DNA of 63,802 nucleotides from Kudoa neothunni (taxonomy: Eukaryota; Animalia; Cnidaria), in NCBI GenBank assembly GCA_964304625.1, contig OZ199840.1, positions 10,051,218 through 10,115,019 on the forward strand, given 5' to 3'. The notes under the pieces were generated by a model. It saw nothing but the letters and a program-made list of their open reading frames with translations. It ran no database searches and had not been told where the DNA came from. Of the stretch, positions 39,279-53,558 are shown in pieces. The stretch's first letter is position 1, and each line of letters begins with the position of its first letter. Made by a program: the position numbers and the translations under genes.

Positions 39279-41238
39279 TAGTCGAGATTGGATATTGCGT
39301 AATTCAAAATTTTCAACGTTATCCTTTATAGAGAGTAAGTTGGCTTTAGGAAATTATTATTATCTTACTATGATGTAAATGCATTTGGTAATAAAAAAAT
39401 AATATAATACAAAAAGTCTCGTTATTATGTGGTTTTTTGTCGTCGATTGGTTTAAATCAAATAGTGTTTTCTTCATTATGCCCAATGAACACTGCAATAC
39501 TTCAGAGAAAATGGAAATCTTCCATTACTACAATTCGATAAAAATGTTGAAGGGCGCGAAATCAATGACAATTTCTAAGTTCAAATTTAGTGGTATAGTA
39601 GTCTTCTGTTGAATATTAATGTAAAATCATATTTAAGATCATTCAACATTTGATAGAATTCTCTCGCACCAACATAAATTCAAAAATACAGATATTTAAA
39701 GTAAAGGGAAGAGAGGAGAAGAGACATTCTGCAGGCAGATTCAAAAATATAGATGATGAAGTGTATGATTGGTTTGTTAAACAACGGTCGAATCGTAACG
39801 TTCTGTCGGGAGATGCCATTATCAAAAGGGCTTCTTATATTGCATATGAGAACAAAATTGCCAATTTTAAGGCCAAAATGGGAGGGCTTTCAGTGTTCAA
39901 GTCAAGATATGAGAAGGTTTTCAAAAAGTTGTTCCATGGTGAGGCTGCGAGTGCATATGTTGCATTAGTCGACTCATTGATTATTGAAAACATTGATTTA
40001 ATTAATGCATATAATCCAAAAGACGTTATAAACAGTGATGAAACTGCTCTTTATTATGAGCAGTTACAAAATAGTAGTTATGATTTAACGGAGGAATTCA
40101 AAATAAGGGGAAAATTATCCAAAAAAGGTGACTGTTTTACTGTTCTCGGCCTTAAATGTGGATAAGTTCCCATTAGTTTTTATCGGGAAATTTCAAAATC
40201 CTAGGTGTTTTAAAGAAGTTAAATATCTACCGTGTGAATGTTATTCACAAAAAAGCGCATGGATGACGTGTACTATATTTATACAGCTAATGAAAAATTT
40301 TACCCGATGGATGATAAATGAGAATAGAAAAGTCTTAATTTAGTCGGACCAATGTCCAGGCCACTCAAAAAATATTGATTGCTTTGAAAATATCAAATTT
40401 TTGTCGCTATTCAAAAATACAACTCCTATTTTACGATCCCGGCGATTTAGACATCATTCGTTGCCTTAAAAGCAGTTACAAAAGTTCAACTACCGATTGA
40501 ATGGTTTTATGCGAAGATTTTGTCATAAAAAAATATACATTGCTTGACTCAATCTTAGCACTAAATTTTGGGGCAGTATTCCGTCGAAAATTATTATTAA
40601 TTGCTTTAAAAAATCAAAAATATTGGGAGATATTAAATAAAATTACGATAATAATGTTATTATCAATTTATAGAACAAGATGTGAGAGAGATACCACAAA
40701 TCAGCAGCAGTTCTCAAGGTAATATTTTACGTATACCAAACGAATTTTTTTAGATAAAATCAAATATTCAGAAATATGTTTGGTGATGATTATGAAACAA
40801 CATGTGGGGAAGAAAATAATTTGAATTTATTGTCCATGAATGAAGAATCTGATGATAGCGAGACAATCATTGAAGAAATCAAAATTTCAATTAAACAAAT
40901 GAAAAATACAGTGAACGTTCTGAGGGAAGCTTTTATTAAAGATCTGTCGGATTTGTTTGATTTATAACCCGTAATGGAACGATTTTCAAAAATATCATGA
41001 GAAAGATTCCAAAAAACTAAAATTACTAGCTTTTTCGACAAAATTTTATAAATTACATTTAATCAAATAATATATTTTTATTTAAAAATTGATTTGCACG
41101 ACTTATCATCTGACGTAAGCACAAGAAAATCGTAATTTTATTGGTGATGCGCATGCGTAAACTAGATATTGTGGAAAAACTTTTATTGCGTGGTTATTTG
41201 CTGGTTCCGAATAACCACACAATATCCAATCTCGACTA
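39279..41238 (+). mobile_element. pogo/Tigger transposon with pseudogenised transposase
   Basis: TIR tagtcgagattggatattg at both ends with TA flanks; fragments DDEVYDWF, NSDETALYY, IGKFQNPRCFK, SAWMT and terminal KTKITSFF; frameshifts. Confidence 0.88.
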
Positions 41239-41525
41239 TACTCTCTATAACACATAGTATTACCATTATTTTGCTAAAGCTTAATATTTTATTTCGATGT
41301 TACGCTAAAAAACAATGTATCGTGGAAACACTTAATTCCATAAATAGTTATAATTAATTTATCACGTCGATTTGAGTTCGATAACAAAAAATTGGTTTAG
41401 CTTAATTTTTTAATAACTTGAATAATTATTATCTAGTTTAAGCTTTTCTAAAAAACAATAAATAAGTGAAATTCGGGTCAATTGTATTCCGAACCATCAA
41501 TTGGTAGGCCATTTAATTGTCAATC

Positions 41526-44523
41526 ATGAGAATAGCTGGACTTTTCTGTCTTGGTTTAGGTATCTCCCAGAATTAATTTTAATGCTAATGTAAGTTTAGG
41601 TGTTTTAATATCAGGTATATCCAATGCTGTTGTAAATTCAAATCCTCCAGTTGGAGCCGAAGCTTCACCTGCAGTTACACCTCCAACGAAAACGCTCAAA
41701 TACCAGATTGTGAAAAGTCCAACTGGTAACGCAGAAGTTATTAAACTCAATCTTGGGGGCTCTGCATATGTAAATGGCAAAAAATGCCTCCTAAGGCGAT
41801 CTAACGAGGCAGAAATTGCAAAGGATACTGGTAATACAGTAACGGCTGCGTTTATGGACATCAACACCTGTACTGCTAATGTTAGCGAGTCGGATGTTAG
41901 TAGTAAATGTGTTGTCAGTTGTGACACTGATACGAATACTATTGATTACAACAAGCTATCACCAAGAACCAAATACATATATGTTTATGTTGGCATTGAA
42001 ACAGCTACTCTTAAAGATATGGTTAAAGGAGCAGAAGCAAAAGTCTTCGGATATTCAATACGTAAATCAATTTAATTGATATGAAAATAAATTTAATTTA
42101 GCTTTATTGGCTAACCCACAAATTTCCGTGTCTACTGACACTAGTCAGCTAAAATTCCTAGCCAAGACTTGTGCTCCTGTAGATTGCCCCATTTATTATA
42201 AAGATATCAAATATGAAGCTGGTACCAAAGGGGGCGATTGTACTGCTGAGAATACTGCAAACAGGGTTGATTTTGATTTATTGTTACCGCATTACGAAGT
42301 AAGGTGTGAAAAATATCCCAGTTTCTTCTACAATATGCCCAATCAATATATGAAGAAAAACATAGACATTTATGAGCCTCAATTTTATGTGATTAAAAAA
42401 ACTGGAAACAAAATGGGAATTAAATTTACCAATTCACCCTCATCTGAAATATGCCTATTCAATATTAAAAATGGGCATGATTCAACAAGCCCCGAATCAT
42501 ATACGTCTGATTGTGGCGGTATTGATAAAATGTGTTATGCTCCTTGTAAGTATGTCGAACTCAAAGGCATTGCGGAGAAAAAGTTTTTTAAAATTTTAAT
42601 CCAAACAAGGCACCACGACATAACAACTACTGGTAGTAATTTGGATGGTTACGAACAAACTAAATTTGGTAACCCATACATCAATAGGCATTTTTATTAT
42701 TTTCTTCAGGATTTACTGAACCGAATGAGGGATTACTTTCTACCTATACCAATGCTGGTGTTACGTTTGAAGATGCTTTATTAAAAGTTAGAAGTTCGCC
42801 AATTATGACTTCATGTACTCTTCAACATTATTTCGCTGATAAACCAAAGCAATCCACCCTAGTCGATACAAAATGTGACAGTACTAGTACTAAGAATAGT
42901 AAATGCACCGATCAATGCACAAAATTGGTGATTCAGCAATTAGCAGCGGGAAAAGCCTATATGATTGAGATTACATTTGCAGGAACTAACGTTCCAGCGG
43001 GTTACAAAGAACATATATTCATAAGAACAAGTAAATCATTATAATTATTTGATATTATAATGAATTATAAAGGAAAGGGAGATAAAGCATATGGAACTGC
43101 TGATCCTACAAAGACAGACACAACAGTTTCTCTTACAGCTATTGGCGGAACTGCACTTCAAGATAGGAAAACAGAACCCACCTGTGAGTATTTAGTAAGT
43201 CCAGCTGGATTGGATAGCTTCTACCCCGTGAAGTGCAATGGCTACACCCCGTGTAGAGGAATTTGTAGGGATCAGGTTAAGATAGAGGATCTTGAGCCAA
43301 ACACATCTTATGACATCAGAGTGATCGCACATAAGGACTACGATAAAAAAGATTACAAAGATATACGAACAGGTTATTGAATTGAAGTTATAATTTATTC
43401 TTTAAATTTTTAATAGAATTAACAACATTGAGGATAACACACAAGATCACATTGGATGGTTTGTTCTTGAAGGCACGATTAAATTCCGTGGATCCAACTG
43501 CAACATGCAGTTATATTATACAAAAGAAGATTGGTATCGATTATACGGATTATTACACATGTCCAGAGGTGCCGAAAATAACGACACCAGTTGCCGCCCC
43601 AGTAGCACCAGCACCCGCTTCAACATCTCCTTCCATGTTAAGTTCTGCAGATCTCAACATAGCTAGAATTGCCATACCGACGACAGCAGATGATGGTCTA
43701 ATGTCAGCAGTGAACTCTTCAGTCGCAGATACTTCAGATACACATCTTGCTGGTGCCGCTGACAACACAAGCACATGTTCATCAAATCCCCTTTGCAGTT
43801 CCATAACATTCCCCGAGTATGAAGCAACTAATACATACAAAATTGTAGTCACAGCTATCGGAAAATCTTCTGAAAAAGAGCTTATCATAGAATCAAGTAC
43901 TACAATTAGTGTTTTAATTAATGTCTCTATCAAGAATTTCATAAACGAAACTTAAATTAGGTGCACCGAGAGTAAACCCAACTGATTCCTCAAAATTGAT
44001 ATCAGTCGTCATTACACGTGATGGGAACAGTTTCATTGTAACCACAACATATCCAGCCAGTATGAACGATAACTCAAAATGCAAATGGGAGTTACGTAAC
44101 AGTAGTGTCAAGTCGAATGCGGTAGTAAAATCTTGCATGGGAAGAAGCGTCGACAGATGTACTGCCTTTGTAACCTGTAAAGAATTCAAAATAAATGATT
44201 TACCTGATGGAAATAACTATTATTTGACTGTTTACAATGCTCAAGATAATAATATTTTCGGTGGAGCTGACATTCAACAAGGTATATTATTTGTTCACAG
44301 TGTGATTTAATGTTATATATATCGCAGGAGCAAAAAGTAGTTCAGGGTGAATTTAGTTAAATGCTTTTTTTAAATTTAATATTTTTTAGGGATAAAACAA
44401 AACTTATGTAACCATTTTTAAATGTTGATATTGGAACTAACATTTTATAGAATCATTATTGCATGCGTTGCTGTGGTTGTGGTCGTAGCGATAATTGGAG
44501 TCGTGGTTTTTAAGAAGAAATGA
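41526..44523 (+). CDS. 4-Cys FN3-like type-I membrane protein (copy B, ~865 aa, 10 exons)
   Basis: Signal peptide MRIAGLFCLGLGVLISGISNA. Introns 41560-41599, 42062-42101, 42669-42709, 43031-43072, 43373-43416, 43897-43960, 44282-44327, 44347-44389, 44408-44450. FN3-like IEDLEPNTSYDIRV motif; TM IIIIACVAVVVVVAIIGVVVF-KKK*. Confidence 0.9.
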
Positions 44524-44784
44524 GATAAAAATTATTTTCGTTAACTATAGTTAGTAGGTAGTATTTGTTGATAAAATTCTTCGATTACGTGGCATTAATT
44601 GATATTTTAAGCCATTAGTTGAAATTATTGTTTTTCGAATTTTTACTTGTGACTTTAGAGAGAAAATAGGATATCCAATGTTTATTTTTATAAAATTATG
44701 TGATTTCAGAGGATTTTTCTCCATTTTATATCTACTTTTAATTAGTTTTTTATAACTCTAACTGTGGTTATAATTTTTATTAGC

Positions 44785-45777
44785 CCCCGAAGGACCGACT
44801 TAAAAAAAATTTCGCGAGTATCCAACTGGGGTCCTTTTTGAACCCAAGAATTTTTCATTTTTTCAAACAATAAAAGTATTTTACTTTGTCTGGTTGTTAT
44901 ATTTATTATGCGTATTTAATAAAAATTAGGTGATAGGATTTCTACCGCTGCTGAGTTATTATTAAATGCTTACATCATTCCATAAACTATTACTCAGGTT
45001 ACATGTATATTAATGGATATAATGCTTCAAATAGATAGATATCGTTATCTCGGAACACTTTCAAGTGATGAACGATAATAGTTGAATATCTAATTGAGAT
45101 TTGATGTGAACTTTGAGCATAAGATCCAAAACATTTGATGATTACAATCTCCGGTGTTTCTCGATAATATGTGTATGCAACTGTAGATTCTGATTTGATC
45201 TTAGTTTATTAAATGGGAACGTCATTTCCCAATTAACTTGAAACTATTCGGATGCGGAGACTATAAAACATATTTTTGATAAAAAATAAATATATTTTAA
45301 AGATGATGGCAGATTTTTTTATCTCCTCTTTTTGATTTAAAATAGAAATTCGATGTATGCCTTCCTTTATTACATTGTTTGTTGAAGACTCTTCTAAAGG
45401 ATCATCTCTGGACAATTCCCATAGCTGAAAGGAATCCATCGGTAGGAAATAAAAAAATGTATACATTGAACGTCTAATAACACTTTAACATTTTTTATTC
45501 AAAATTAATGACATTAGCTATCTTTATAATATTTATTATTTTGATATCAATTCGTAATAACTTTATCTAAAAGAAATGGCAGGCGATGTGCTTGCTAAAA
45601 ATAAAATATTTAAATCAGTTAATGCACTTTTTTCTTCATAACTTTATAATTATGAAAAGCAGACTCTAATTAAGAATTACGGAATTTTTGAACCCTCCCA
45701 TTTAGTTTAATATACGAAAAAAAGTCGAAATATCGAAATTGGGGTCACAAATGACCCCTGTTGGTCCCACGAGGGTT
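44785..45777. mobile_element. piggyBac-like non-autonomous element
   Basis: ccc...ggg ends with decayed TTAA flanks; subterminal ggggtc-N5-gaccc palindromes similar to the 28960-28996 end. Confidence 0.5.
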
Positions 45778-45832
45778 ATTCTAAATCTGAACAAATTATG
45801 TTATTGAATTACTAGGTTAAAATATTGGTAAT

Positions 45833-46924
45833 TAGCGTTGCCAACCCAAATCGGACAAATCAGATGTTTTGTAAAAACGGAACTAATATTTAATTATATG
45901 TATAAATATTACTTTAATCTATAATTAGCTCAGAAACTTCAAAAATATCACATCATTTGGTCGATGCGTCGACAAAAATTTCCTCATTAGAACAAGATTA
46001 TCTAATGTAGAGCACCAAATTTTATTTCTTCTGGTGTTTTCAATAACTCTTGAAGAGAAAATGCTCTTTTCGGAGAAGCGTTAATCAGAGCTAGAGGAAG
46101 TAAAGATGTGTTGTATTTTCCGATAGAAATAAAATTTATTTTCCCATAAACAATGACCGAAAAGGCGATTGTTAATAATTTAATCAAACAAACTTTGTTT
46201 CTAAGTCCATTCAATTCCTTTAATTTCAAACAATTATATTAGAGTCTTTCTTTCGATTTTTGAATAACACTTAACAACTATACCTAGTTGAGGTTTTATT
46301 TTTATGTGCAACTATTTATTCATTAAAATTAAGAAAAATTAGTCAAGTAGATAATATTTAGTTAAATTTAAATTTTTATAGGTAATACCTAAAATTAGAA
46401 TTTTTTTTAATTGATAACAAACACTTTTAATGATAACTTAGCATCGGATATCACCAACATCAGTCTTTTTTTAAATTCAAGCATCCAGAATTCAAACACA
46501 AAAATATCTTCTTAATAATTCCAAAATGGTTCGCAGTCATGATAAAACTGTCTTTTCACAATAATGGTAAAAAAAAGAAATTTTAGTTTTAACAGGAGCA
46601 TAATATTTAAAAATGTGTTCATTTAGGTAAATTTTTGGCATGTTTTTAAGCTCAATTTTTATATTGCACGGGCTTTAAGAATTATAAAAATTAAAAATTG
46701 TATTTTGCGTTTGATGAACTTCTATTGCAGACATTTTAATTTGAAATAAAGTATTGTTCCAAGTATAAAATTATCTACTCGAAGATTTCTCGTAATGTAA
46801 TCAACAACGTTTAAATTCCATTTTTTGTGAGTTAGCAATAACTCCTTGTCTTTGCAACTTTGTTTTGCGATTATTCAATCTTTCGAAGAACAAGAGTAAA
46901 AATCGGATACGGTTGGCAACACTG
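45833..46924. mobile_element. Non-autonomous TIR element (hAT-like)
   Basis: tagcgttgccaacc versus (rc) cagtgttgccaacc; the 8-bp flanks match only partly. Confidence 0.45.
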
Positions 46925-47564
46925 GTGGTAGGGGTAAAGTTCGTGGCACCTGAAAAACACCTTCTTGTGCATATTTTTTCTCGTTTCTTTTTACACGATT
47001 GTTTATAATAAAATAAAAGAATAGCGAGTACAAAAATTCATCGACAACAAATAGTATCTAACTTTTCGCATAATCATAGGTCGACAACAATCGTTGTAAT
47101 CTTAATCTTTTTTTGCATTATCCAAACATTCAATTACTCACGTATCTTAAGTATATTGACATTTTTCATTATATTCAATAGTATAACATATTTTAAAAAA
47201 TAATTTGAAAGTATTTTTAAAAAATTTCACGCATTCTATTTAATATTACCTTATTTATTACGCCAAAGAAACGATTTGTAAAATCTAATCCCATTATCTA
47301 TATGTAAGTATAAATACTTTAGTTGATAAATTTTTATAAAAAGTTTTTACATTTACCCCTCCGAGCGTCCGAAAATCGACTTTACACACACCTACTTTTG
47401 GGGTCCAATGGACCCCACATTTTTTTTATCTTGAATTATGCAAAAAAATTAAATAAGTAATTGACTGAAATATGAAAGAAAATTATAGATAGAATATTGA
47501 AAAATATAACAAACATCACTCCCTTGATTGATTGCGATAATTATCGAAGAGTTTACAACGTTAA

Positions 47565-48789
47565 CCCTCCCTGCCCGGGGTGGGGTATTTGCCATATCCC
47601 AAAAGAAATATTTTTTGTTTTACTCAAAGCACGAGAATTTTTTCGCTGTGTAATTTTTAGAATGTTCCTACAAACTTATAAGGCTTCGATTTCAACAAAA
47701 AAAAATGTATTCGAAATTTTATAAACTAAAAATTATTCACTTCTAAAATTCGAGAGAGTAATTTCTTAAATAATGTATAACTAATTTGAATCTCTATTTA
47801 ATATACAGTTCAACATCATTTAATAATTAAAATTCCTTTATTATTAACCAGAAAAAACATGTTATCATCGAAGTAAAACTGATTGAGTATTTACGAAAAT
47901 TAATTCGATAATACTTTACTAATCTGGCGGCTTGCGCGTATTTTCGATTCGTATAAATTTTTCATTCTCTGGGGAAACTTCTTGTCTTGAATTAATTAAA
48001 AAACTTTTGAAAAATTAAGGAAACCGTTGGGATCTCATTTAGTATAGGTCCCTAATTCACATTGCATATTGGTGATTATTGTTTATTACGACGCCATGTA
48101 TGAGATTAGACAAAAAATTTGTTTTTAAAATTTGGGGGAATTTTGATTCGCTACAGATGAAAAGAGCAAATAAGATTTTTGAGACCATTTCTGACGACAA
48201 AAAATTGTAAACACACTAAAATTGGAGGAGCCGCACACTTCACAATTACCCTTAAGTTCAGCCTGTTGATGTTGATATTATTATAGTCTGTTTAACCCTC
48301 ATTCATTTTCAAATAGATATAGATTCTTTAATTTAAACCAACTCGATTTCCGCAATTAGCTGACACTCATGCACAAGTGGATCCAAACCAGGCGGGAGAC
48401 TTAATCCAATTATACTGATAAAATATGAAGGGGGCAGCTTGTGATATTTCTCGTGAGCAACGATGTTTGCTAATAATGATGTATTCGTATGTTCCGAACA
48501 TATTTATTGATTCATATGGTCTAAATCATTATTTTTCCGAAAATTGGGAAATTGGTCGTTTGTAGGCCCGTGTAGCTGCTCTGTATTGTATTTGCAATAT
48601 TGTCGTTTTATTTATTAAAGTGGATAGAACAATTTTGAATGTTAACTTCTATTAATATATATGTTCATGATAGTTTAAATTATGTAGACTTCTAAGGATT
48701 TAAAGTTGACTAAGACATATTTTTGCTGGGAAACGACAGATACCCCACATCGGACCACGCGTACTTTTGTTGACGCAATACAGGAAAGG
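47565..48789. mobile_element. piggyBac-like non-autonomous element
   Basis: TTAA|ccctccctg ... caggaaagg|TTAA. Confidence 0.55.
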
Positions 48790-49462
48790 TTAAACACACT
48801 TTTTATTTTTGGAAATTTTAATATATTTGGCTTGATAAATACACTTTAAAAGTACTATAGGTTGTATTTAATATGGCAAAAGTATGCAAATTTGCTAAAT
48901 TAATGAAGAATTAGAAGCGTATGTTGTAACCAGATGGATTCAATCCATACATGCTGAAACTAGGTTCCCAAATTTCATCATAGCGATCGTTAGACTTAAT
49001 TTTAAGCGATAAGAGTTCATGTATAGATTGAAATCTTACTTAACCTAATTATTTAACAAATTTTTGTTTATATTAACAGGTTACACAACAGTTTTGAGGA
49101 GAGAGTGTATAAAAATGTGTCGGATAAATATATTAAATTGAACGATAAAAATTAATTATCGTAAGATATTATCGAATTATTTAGGTTTTGCTACTTTCAT
49201 TATCTCGCTAAATTATCTCAATTTTTTGCTGTACTCATCATAGTCGTTTACAGTATGGTATATATATTAATATTTATTTAATCCCTCCTCAAGACTAATC
49301 AAAAGTCTTATATTTCTTTGTTTTTTGAACGTATTCATCCATGATGAAATATTCTCAATCCCGTGCGAAGTTTGGCAGTTCCCGCTAGTTTAGGTTAAAT
49401 GGCTACGTAAAAGTTAACTTAAGCTATTTAAATTATTTAATGATTTTTGAATTAACTTATTA

Positions 49463-50271
49463 AAGTCAACGACTGGTTTTACGCTTTTCGTGCGAGCGCA
49501 TCACATAAAATTATTCAATCATTTATTAAATAACGTAATTAGAATGCCCAAATTCTAATGCAAATGTTAAAATTTTTTTAAATAAATGCACATTCGTTAA
49601 CTGGGTTTGAATAATCTCCTCGGGATCACGTAAAAATGTGTCTGAAATTGGTAAAGTCCAGTTTTACGCATTTATTAGCGCGCGCATATAATATACTTAG
49701 CCACTTAATATAATTGAATCGCATATATTTAAGAGAAAAATAATTAGTTAATTTTTTTCACCAAACATTCGTCCAAATATTTGAAATATAGCTATTCACC
49801 ATTGCGATCATGATCGATCTTTTTTGTCAAACTTGGATAGTTTTTTGAACTCATTTTAATAAATTCGCAAACGAAGACAATAATCGATTTGTGTTAAATC
49901 ATTTAAAAGATTTTATTTAAGTTTTTTAGGTGTCATAGTGGTTGAATATGGAGGATATGTCTGGTGCTTTATAGTAACAAATTTAGTTGCTTTGGAGGAA
50001 ATATTGCGGAGATATTTTATCATTTCATGTTTGATTTTATTTTTTTGGATCATTAAACAAAATTTATCTATTTTCTCAATAACGTTCCGAAAAAAAATGC
50101 GTAAAGCATTCCAGTCACGGGATTCACAATCTGGAAATTTCGAAACCTTATAATATTATTTAGACCAAAATTTTTTAATAAAAACATTAAAAAATATTAT
50201 ATATTGATTGGACATTTTGTTATTCAAATTATTCTCATTTTTAGAATGTGCGTAAAACCGGTCACTGACTG
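49463..50271. mobile_element. MITE derived from the 4978-6932 pogo family
   Basis: The left ~90 nt and right TIR (cgtaaaaccggtcactgactg) match the 4978-6932 element; an empty site is visible in the paralogous K1 upstream region (~21940-21960). Confidence 0.8.
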
Positions 50272-50711
50272 TTTTATGTCACTAAACTGAATTTTAATTA
50301 CTAAAGTAAAACAGTCGCTGAGATAATCAGAACGGTTTTCATGATCGGATGTTTTTTGAATAATTTATAAAATATAATAAGTATTCAAACTTTTAATAGT
50401 ACATTTTATATTAACAAATTCGCCTTGGCGATAGAATGTATCAGGCATTTTTAGTTCATGGAAAAATCCATACTTTAAAAACGTTTTCAGTACCGAGATC
50501 TAATTGTAATACTTTTTCACAAAATAATGAGAAAAATCTATAAGCGTCTTTAAGTTCATTTATTGAAATTCTCTATTATAATCACATCAAACGTTCGTTT
50601 TCTGAATGTATCGGATATTATAAATAGTAACGATCTCTTACATCCATTAAGACAATATGTATATATATATTTATTATAATCGTAATCTAAGTTATATATA
50701 GATTTTTCACT

Positions 50712-51991
50712 ATGATAAAAGGTTGTTTTCTATTTATTTGCCTTGTGCAATTGTTGGCTCGAAATTCTACTGCATGTATATCAATTTGAGTAGCGTATTA
50801 GTTCTCTACTTTCTTCTAGTCAAAGCACTTGACTCATATAAACTTGACTCCGGCGAATTTCCTTTTCAGTCCAACGGTCAAACTGATGTTACCAAAATCC
50901 TTACCAGATTTTACGTGAAGGAGGACGGAACATGCGAAAAATTTTATTATAAAGGAAGTGGTGGTAACTCCAATAACTTTGGAACTGAACATGAGTGCAT
51001 GGATCACTGTAAATAATATCGATTGTGAAAGATATTTATTCCGTATTTTAGTGAAAGAACTTACTAAGTGGGAAACTCTCCAGGGATGTAAGGAAGGATA
51101 CATTTCGAAAGGTCCATGCACCAAGACTGTTTCTAAATATGGCTATGAAGCTAGCACTGGAAGTTGCACACGATTTGATTATGGCGGTTGTGGTGGGAAC
51201 AATAATCGATTTGAGAATGAAAACGATTGTAAAATAGCGTGCGAAGGTAAAAAATCGAGGAATATATTATATATATATGTTTTCATAGTCGATAATGATA
51301 ATAAGGCTCCTAATAAATATGATTGTGATCTTGCACCAAAATATCCAGTAAGTGACGAGGTTAAAATTGCAATAGTTAAATCACAAGACAGTTCACAAAC
51401 CAAGTGTCACTACGCCATTGTTGATAAGGCGGAAACAAGAGGAATATTCCCTACTTTCAGCAAATGTCTCTCAACATGCTATGGTATGTTTTATAAATAT
51501 GCATATAATATTTTTTTAGAAGAATCTAATCTGATTCAGGCATGTCAGAAGGAAATACCAGATCAGGATAATAGTAGTGGAAAAAATTTAGTTGTGAAGT
51601 TTTACTATAAGAAAACAGAAAAAGCATGTTTTACATTTCTTACAAGAGAAAAAAATTCAGGTTTTGAGGCGTCAACAAATTATTTCAATACAGAGGAAGA
51701 ATGCATGAGCTACTGTCCAGTTGATGAAGGTAATAATATTGAACAATTTAAATATATAACAAAAAATTAGATAAAATAAAAGAGATGACTTATCATGTAT
51801 CCAGAGATATCTGCAGCATGACAACACCACCCAGTGCATCTGGATCACTGACTGGCGTTACTAAATGGTATTACAATAAAAGCGCTAGCACTCCAGCATG
51901 CGAAAGCATGACTCACGGGGGAATTGGAGATATAAATGGTCTTTTTGATTCTCTCGATGAATGTACTACTTTGTGTGGAAGTAGTTCATAA
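50712..51991 (+). CDS. Secreted penta-Kunitz protein K3
   Basis: Same six-exon structure as K1; MIKGCFLFICLVQLLARNSTA signal-like exon; ends CTTLCGSSS*. Confidence 0.92.
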
Positions 51992-52629
51992 AAAACGTAG
52001 ACTTTTGTTCCTTTCATTTTTTTCATTTATATTTATAGAATTTGATATTTTATTTAAAAAAATATTATTTTATTAAATAATGCTTAAATAACGTGACCAA
52101 AATTATAAAATTTTTCTAAGCTCTTCTTGGTAGTCCATATAATTAAACTTTATTAGCTAAGCGACAAGTATTTTTTAAATGCGAAATATAGAAATCTCCA
52201 TATTAATTAAAATTTAGGCATGTAAACTAATAATTCTTATCTTAAATTTAGTAGTTGTGTTACTGCCAAAAATTAACAAGAATGTTGTAATCAAACATCA
52301 TTGCTAGATCTAAGTTGTATTTTAGTTATTAATAACGTGGCAGGTACTTTTTATCATAATTATTATTGTGGTTCTTTATATTATTTTACTATTTAAATTT
52401 ATTCGTGAAAAATATTTTCAACTAAAAACGTTATTTTTATAGCTTCATTTGATTGTGTAGAAAAAGTCTCGTTATTTAAACGTTACGTATCGTTTTCTAC
52501 AAAACCGAATATCTTTGCTAATTGAATTGAATGTTATATATTATAATTCGATACGGCAAGCAATAATTTAATAAATGGGACTATTTTACAGTATGTTATG
52601 AATTTTGACATTTTTCGTTAATTATCGAA

Positions 52630-53530
52630 TAATTGCGCGGGATGGGAAGTTTTAGGAAATTATTCACCTTAGAGGACATCGACGATGTAAAAGTCTTTGA
52701 TTTTGCATATTTTCGTGAAGATAATTTATATACAATTTATGTTTTGCACCATCTTGGAACACTACAAAGCTACATGAAATGTTCGTGTGGCGCGGTAATG
52801 AAGATATCAACAAGAAAGTACAACCGTGATTACTACCAATTTAGATATGAAAATTGCCAAAAATGATGCTCAGTAAGAAAAAATAGTGTTTTTGAATTAT
52901 CCAAACTTCCTATATGGAAAGGTTTTCTTTTTGTGGTTTTCGTCATCCAGGACCTAACGGCTATTTACGAACCACTACAATTTTATTTCAAAATAGAGTC
53001 ATATGTCATTGTTTTTGAATGGAAGAGTATTATTCACGACTTAATGGCTTCAAAACATGATGAAGAATCCAGAAAAATCGGGAGAGTAGGAGTTGTTGTA
53101 CAGATCGATGAAACCGCCATCTCAAACAGAAAATACAATGTAGATAGAATATTGAAGAACCAGCAGTATTGGATGATAGACGGGATAGATGAAGATTATT
53201 ACTGTTTCTTAAAAATTTCCCGTCTTAGAAATCAAAATGCTCTCGAGGGAACAATCATCCAAAATGTTGAAAACGGTTCGACAATATGGGTAGATGGTTG
53301 GGCTGGATATAATCGACTGGCCGATTTAGGGTTTGTTCATGAATAGGTGATCCATAAAAGGAGGTTTGTATCGAACGAAGGTGTTCATACTAATCGAATC
53401 GAAGCTACTTGAGGAGCTGTCAAACGCAAATACAGAAACGCGACCAAAAAAAGTCCGAGTAAACTTGCCGGGATAAATATCCGATTTATTGTTTAGAAAT
53501 AAATATCAAAATAAGGAATTGAGCACTCTG
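52630..53530 (+). pseudogene. Merlin (IS1016/IS1595-like DDE) transposase remnant
   Basis: VVQIDETAISNRKYN...GSTIWVDGWAGYNRL..LGFVHE*VIH..FV...GVHTNRIEAT* matches the Merlin/ISXO2 pattern; N-terminal C-x-C zinc-ribbon word; in-frame stops. Confidence 0.85.
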
Positions 53531-53558
53531 TGTAAATGTGTAATGGTTTTATATTCAA

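Noticed and set aside
50990-51016. ORF-track ending ECMDHCK* suggesting a stand-alone Kunitz domain with its last Cys
   Set aside because: The TGT overlaps the intron-2 donor. K2 has CAT C|gt, and all copies splice to Leu (TTA/CTA/TTG), so the Cys is a read-through artefact.
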